Of a stretch of 20,000 bases of DNA, positions 17,215 through 20,000 are shown piece by piece. The stretch is from Chrysochromulina tobinii (lineage: Eukaryota). The number at the start of each line of letters is the position of its first letter. The first letter of the stretch is position 1. A program made the position numbers and the translations under genes. Under the pieces are notes generated by a model. It saw only the letters and a list, made by a program, of their open reading frames with translations, did no database searches and was not told the DNA's origin. Where the stretch lies: positions 47,327-67,326 of the forward strand of contig JWZX01003350.1 of NCBI GenBank assembly GCA_001275005.1, given 5' to 3'.

Positions 17215-20000
17215 ATGGACCCCAAGGAGGGCGACTACGTGCGCTTCAAGCATGAGAGAGTCGAAACTACCGGCACCGTCATCAAGCGCTCCGGGATGCG
17301 CATTCGTGTGCAGCCCAAGGACGGCGGAGCGACTCTTTGGAAGGAGTTGAGTGAGCTTCTGCCGCTTGCTTCTGCTGTCGACGAGGCATCCGAGGTGGCA
17401 GAACTGCATCGGCTGTTTTCATCGGGGCCACCGAGCAGCACACGCGCGATTGCGTTGAGCGCCCGCGGTGTGCAGGCGGCAGCGAAACAAACGGTCTCCG
17501 AAAGGCCCAATAAAATTGGGATGCCAACGCCCGTGCCCAAGCCTGCTGTGCGGCCCAATGCCTTCCACAACGAGGACGACACCAAGCTCGACGACATCGA
17601 CGACGACCTCGACAATGCTGTGCGGTCCACCGTGGCCATCGGCGCTCCGTCCGAGATGCTGCGCGTCCGAGGGCCCGGCTGCGCACAAGCCGAGCCATTC
17701 ATTCAGGACCTGGACGGCCCTCCGAGATCGCCATCTCTCGCTGTGGAGCAAAGCCCTGAGGCAACACCCGAAGACAAGAAGGTCGCCGAATCAGTTGGCG
17801 CTCCGTCCGAGATGATTCGCGCCCTCTCGGGGCTCGACGACCGGCTCGCCGACGCGCTCCGCACCGGCGACATCAAGCTGCTGCGTGTCTCGTGGCTGCG
17901 AAAGCTGCGGCGGCTGCTGCGGCAGCCGGACTGGAGGTCGCTGAAGCGGCGGCAGGAGCTCGAGGATCTGAGGGCTGAATCGCCCTTTCTCTCGGCGGAG
18001 GAGGCCGTTGCGCTGCTCCGGCGCGGCACCCGCGGCGTGGGCGCGCTCACCCACGGCTGGCTGTCGCCCGGCGAGTGCGACCCGGACGGCGCGCGCCTGG
18101 ACGTGATGCTCGCCGCCCTCGACGAGCACCCGCACATTGAGGGTGTCTTCTGGGACTATGCCTCGCTCTTCCAGAACCTGCCCGACCGCGAGCGCACGCC
18201 CGACGAGACCGCCGCCTTCAAGCGCGCGATCAAGGTCATGGCCGACGTGTACGCCTCCGCCGTTGGCACCACCGTGCTGCAGTCGCGCGAGATCCCGCCC
18301 CGGCCGGAGGCGTTCAATGGTGCGTTGTGCCTCTTCGGGCTGAAGGCCACGGCGGGCGAGGCTGCCGTCCGCGAGACGCTCGGCTGCTTTGGCGCCATCG
18401 TGGCGTTGGAGCTCAAGCGCAAACCGCCCGTCGTGCGCTTCGCATCGCACGAGATGGCGCTCGCCGCCAAGCGCGCGGGGCCGTGGGCCGAGCTGTGCGA
18501 CGGCGTCGACACGTTGTACAACGAGCGTCCGTACGATGAGCGCGGCTGGTGCGTCTTTGAGAACGCCGTGAGCTACGAGCTGCTCGCGCGGCTGCGCACG
18601 ATGCCGCGCGTGCGGGAGGCGCTCGACGCGCTTCCGTCCAAGGTGCTCGTGCTGCGCAGCGGCCAGCCTACCGAGCCGGGCGTCGCGCCCACCGGCCAGC
18701 TCGAGACGCGCGTCGCCGAGGTGGTTGCCAGCATCGAGCGCGCCACCTTCACCGGCAAGGGCGACAAGGACACCGTGCCCGCCCTCTACCGCGAGTACGT
18801 CGTGCGCATCGTTAGCGTGGTGCAATCCGTGTTTGCACTCGTGTCCGGTGGCGCGATGGTCGCGCCGGCGAAGCTGCCGCCGCTGCCGCAGGTCGAAGCG
18901 CCCGCCGCGTCGGCGCTGCGCCTCGCCGAGGGACAGCCGCTGCTGCTGCTCTCTTGGCAAGGCTCCGGCGCGGGCGGCGGGCCGCGCTTTGGCGTCGTCG
19001 ATGCGACCGGGGGGCGTGTCGCCGCCGCCGTCACGGGCGGCAAGGACGCCGAGCTGTCCTACGACCGATGCAGCCAGGCGGTGCTGCCGTGGCGGCCGCC
19101 CGCTGCCGGCTGGGACGCCGCGTTCCTCGGCGATGCGCGTGCGCTTCGCGACCTCGCTGAGCCCGCACGCCGCCTGGCGGACGATGCTCGGCGGATGGAG
19201 TCGGAGTCGGCTCTGCGCGCCGTCGGCGAGCGGGCGTGCGCGATCGCCGACGGCGCGGCGCGGTGCCAAACGATCGCGCTCGCGGCGCGCGAGGCGGGCG
19301 CCGCCGTGCAGTCGTGCGTGGACGCGGCGGCGGCTCTCTTCAGCCAGGGCGATCCCAAGCAGCTCCAAGCCGCGCTCGACAAGGTGCGTGCGGCGATCGA
19401 GAGGCTGCAGCCCTCTGCGCTCGAGGCCGCGCTCACTGCGGCGCTGCTCTCCAGCGGCGCCAGCGGCGCCCGGTGCTATGCCGCGGGCCAGCCGCTCACC
19501 GTGCGTACGGCCGGCGGCTGGCGCGACGCCGACGTGGCAACGGCGGGCGCCGACGGCCTCTGCCACCGCCTCAAATTTGAGGGCCCAAGTCGCGAGCCTC
19601 CAGCCACGCTCATGCTGCACCCGTGGAACCACGCGCCGCGCGAGCTGCCGCACGCCGCCTTCGAGGCGATGCGCGCGTGGTGGGCGCCCTGGCTCGGGGT
19701 GCAGCACGCGCACATTGCCGACGCGCTCACGGGCAAGCGGCTCGACGCGCTGCAGCAGTGCGTCGCCATGAGCGTGACGGGACCCGAAGACGTTGTGGCT
19801 CCGCCCGTAGAGTTCGTCCTCACGGCTCCACCCGGAAAGATTGGAATCGGGTTTGAAGGCAACGGCGAGTTACCGCCCACGGTGAACAAGGTGTTGTCGA
19901 CGTCTCCGTTTGTGGATCAGATACAAGTGGGCTGGGCGCTGGTGAAGCTCGACGGAGCCGACGTCACGAAGCATCAGGCGCAGCAAGTGATCAATCTTTT
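17215..20000 (+). CDS. Multidomain HET/TIR-like protein (3'-partial, >928 aa): SH3-like - HET-like with RRM-like insert - SH3-like modules - PDZ
   Basis: Absent from the ORF track because it has no stop in the window. Manual translation of frame +1 is open from ATG 17215 (in-frame TAA upstream at 17140) to the end: MDPKEGDYVRFK...IKLLRVSWL...ALTHGWLSPGECDPDG...GVFWDYASLFQ...MADVYAS...YDERGWCVFE...FTGKGDKDTVPALY...LHPWNHAPREL...APPGKIGIGFEG...IQVGWALVKLDGADV. Confidence 0.88.
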   Translation, partial: MDPKEGDYVRFKHERVETTGTVIKRSGMRIRVQPKDGGATLWKELSELLPLASAVDEASEVAELHRLFSSGPPSSTRAIALSARGVQAAAKQTVSERPNKIGMPTPVPKPAVRPNAFHNEDDTKLDDIDDDLDNAVRSTVAIGAPSEMLRVRGPGCAQAEPFIQDLDGPPRSPSLAVEQSPEATPEDKKVAESVGAPSEMIRALSGLDDRLADALRTGDIKLLRVSWLRKLRRLLRQPDWRSLKRRQELEDLRAESPFLSAEEAVALLRRGTRGVGALTHGWLSPGECDPDGARLDVMLAALDEHPHIEGVFWDYASLFQNLPDRERTPDETAAFKRAIKVMADVYASAVGTTVLQSREIPPRPEAFNGALCLFGLKATAGEAAVRETLGCFGAIVALELKRKPPVVRFASHEMALAAKRAGPWAELCDGVDTLYNERPYDERGWCVFENAVSYELLARLRTMPRVREALDALPSKVLVLRSGQPTEPGVAPTGQLETRVAEVVASIERATFTGKGDKDTVPALYREYVVRIVSVVQSVFALVSGGAMVAPAKLPPLPQVEAPAASALRLAEGQPLLLLSWQGSGAGGGPRFGVVDATGGRVAAAVTGGKDAELSYDRCSQAVLPWRPPAAGWDAAFLGDARALRDLAEPARRLADDARRMESESALRAVGERACAIADGAARCQTIALAAREAGAAVQSCVDAAAALFSQGDPKQLQAALDKVRAAIERLQPSALEAALTAALLSSGASGARCYAAGQPLTVRTAGGWRDADVATAGADGLCHRLKFEGPSREPPATLMLHPWNHAPRELPHAAFEAMRAWWAPWLGVQHAHIADALTGKRLDALQQCVAMSVTGPEDVVAPPVEFVLTAPPGKIGIGFEGNGELPPTVNKVLSTSPFVDQIQVGWALVKLDGADVTKHQAQQVINL

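Noticed and set aside
17791..19713. 640-aa minus-strand ORF and 348-aa plus-strand ORF (18725..19771)
   Set aside because: Arg/Ala-rich shadow frames of the real frame +1 gene starting at 17215; no motifs.
1..20000. Autonomous transposon, viral insert, tRNA or rRNA
   Set aside because: No transposase, reverse transcriptase, integrase or capsid motifs, terminal repeats or RNA-gene signatures were recognised.

Overview
GC-rich, gene-dense, intron-poor eukaryotic nuclear DNA. A haptophyte alga (Chrysochromulina-like) is my inference from gene content and intron style, not a database result. Eight protein-coding genes are supported, plus one doubtful small ORF: a SPRY-like/EF-hand protein (-), a C4 zinc-finger/EF-hand protein (+), a MORN-repeat protein (-), a 3-exon GT13 GnT-I-like glycosyltransferase carrying PAN/apple and GnT-V-like C-terminal modules (-), a GLOD4-thioredoxin fusion (-), a 1606-aa coiled-coil protein with epiplastin/alveolin-like V/I-K-E repeats (+), a degenerate TIM-barrel-like protein (+), and a >928-aa ORF missing from the ORF track because it runs off the window end (+). 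Two signals stand out. (1) The last ORF has a HET/TIR-like domain that retains the catalytic-type Glu and has an RRM-like domain inserted in it, with SH3-like modules and a compositionally distinct PDZ domain, suggesting an immune or cell-death receptor with integrated domains. (2) An 88-nt intron has its entire 3' splice site supplied by a perfect 28-bp duplication of the upstream exon end, which looks like a recent intron gain. Short local duplications recur across the window. Domain calls are by motif recognition only; no searches were run.
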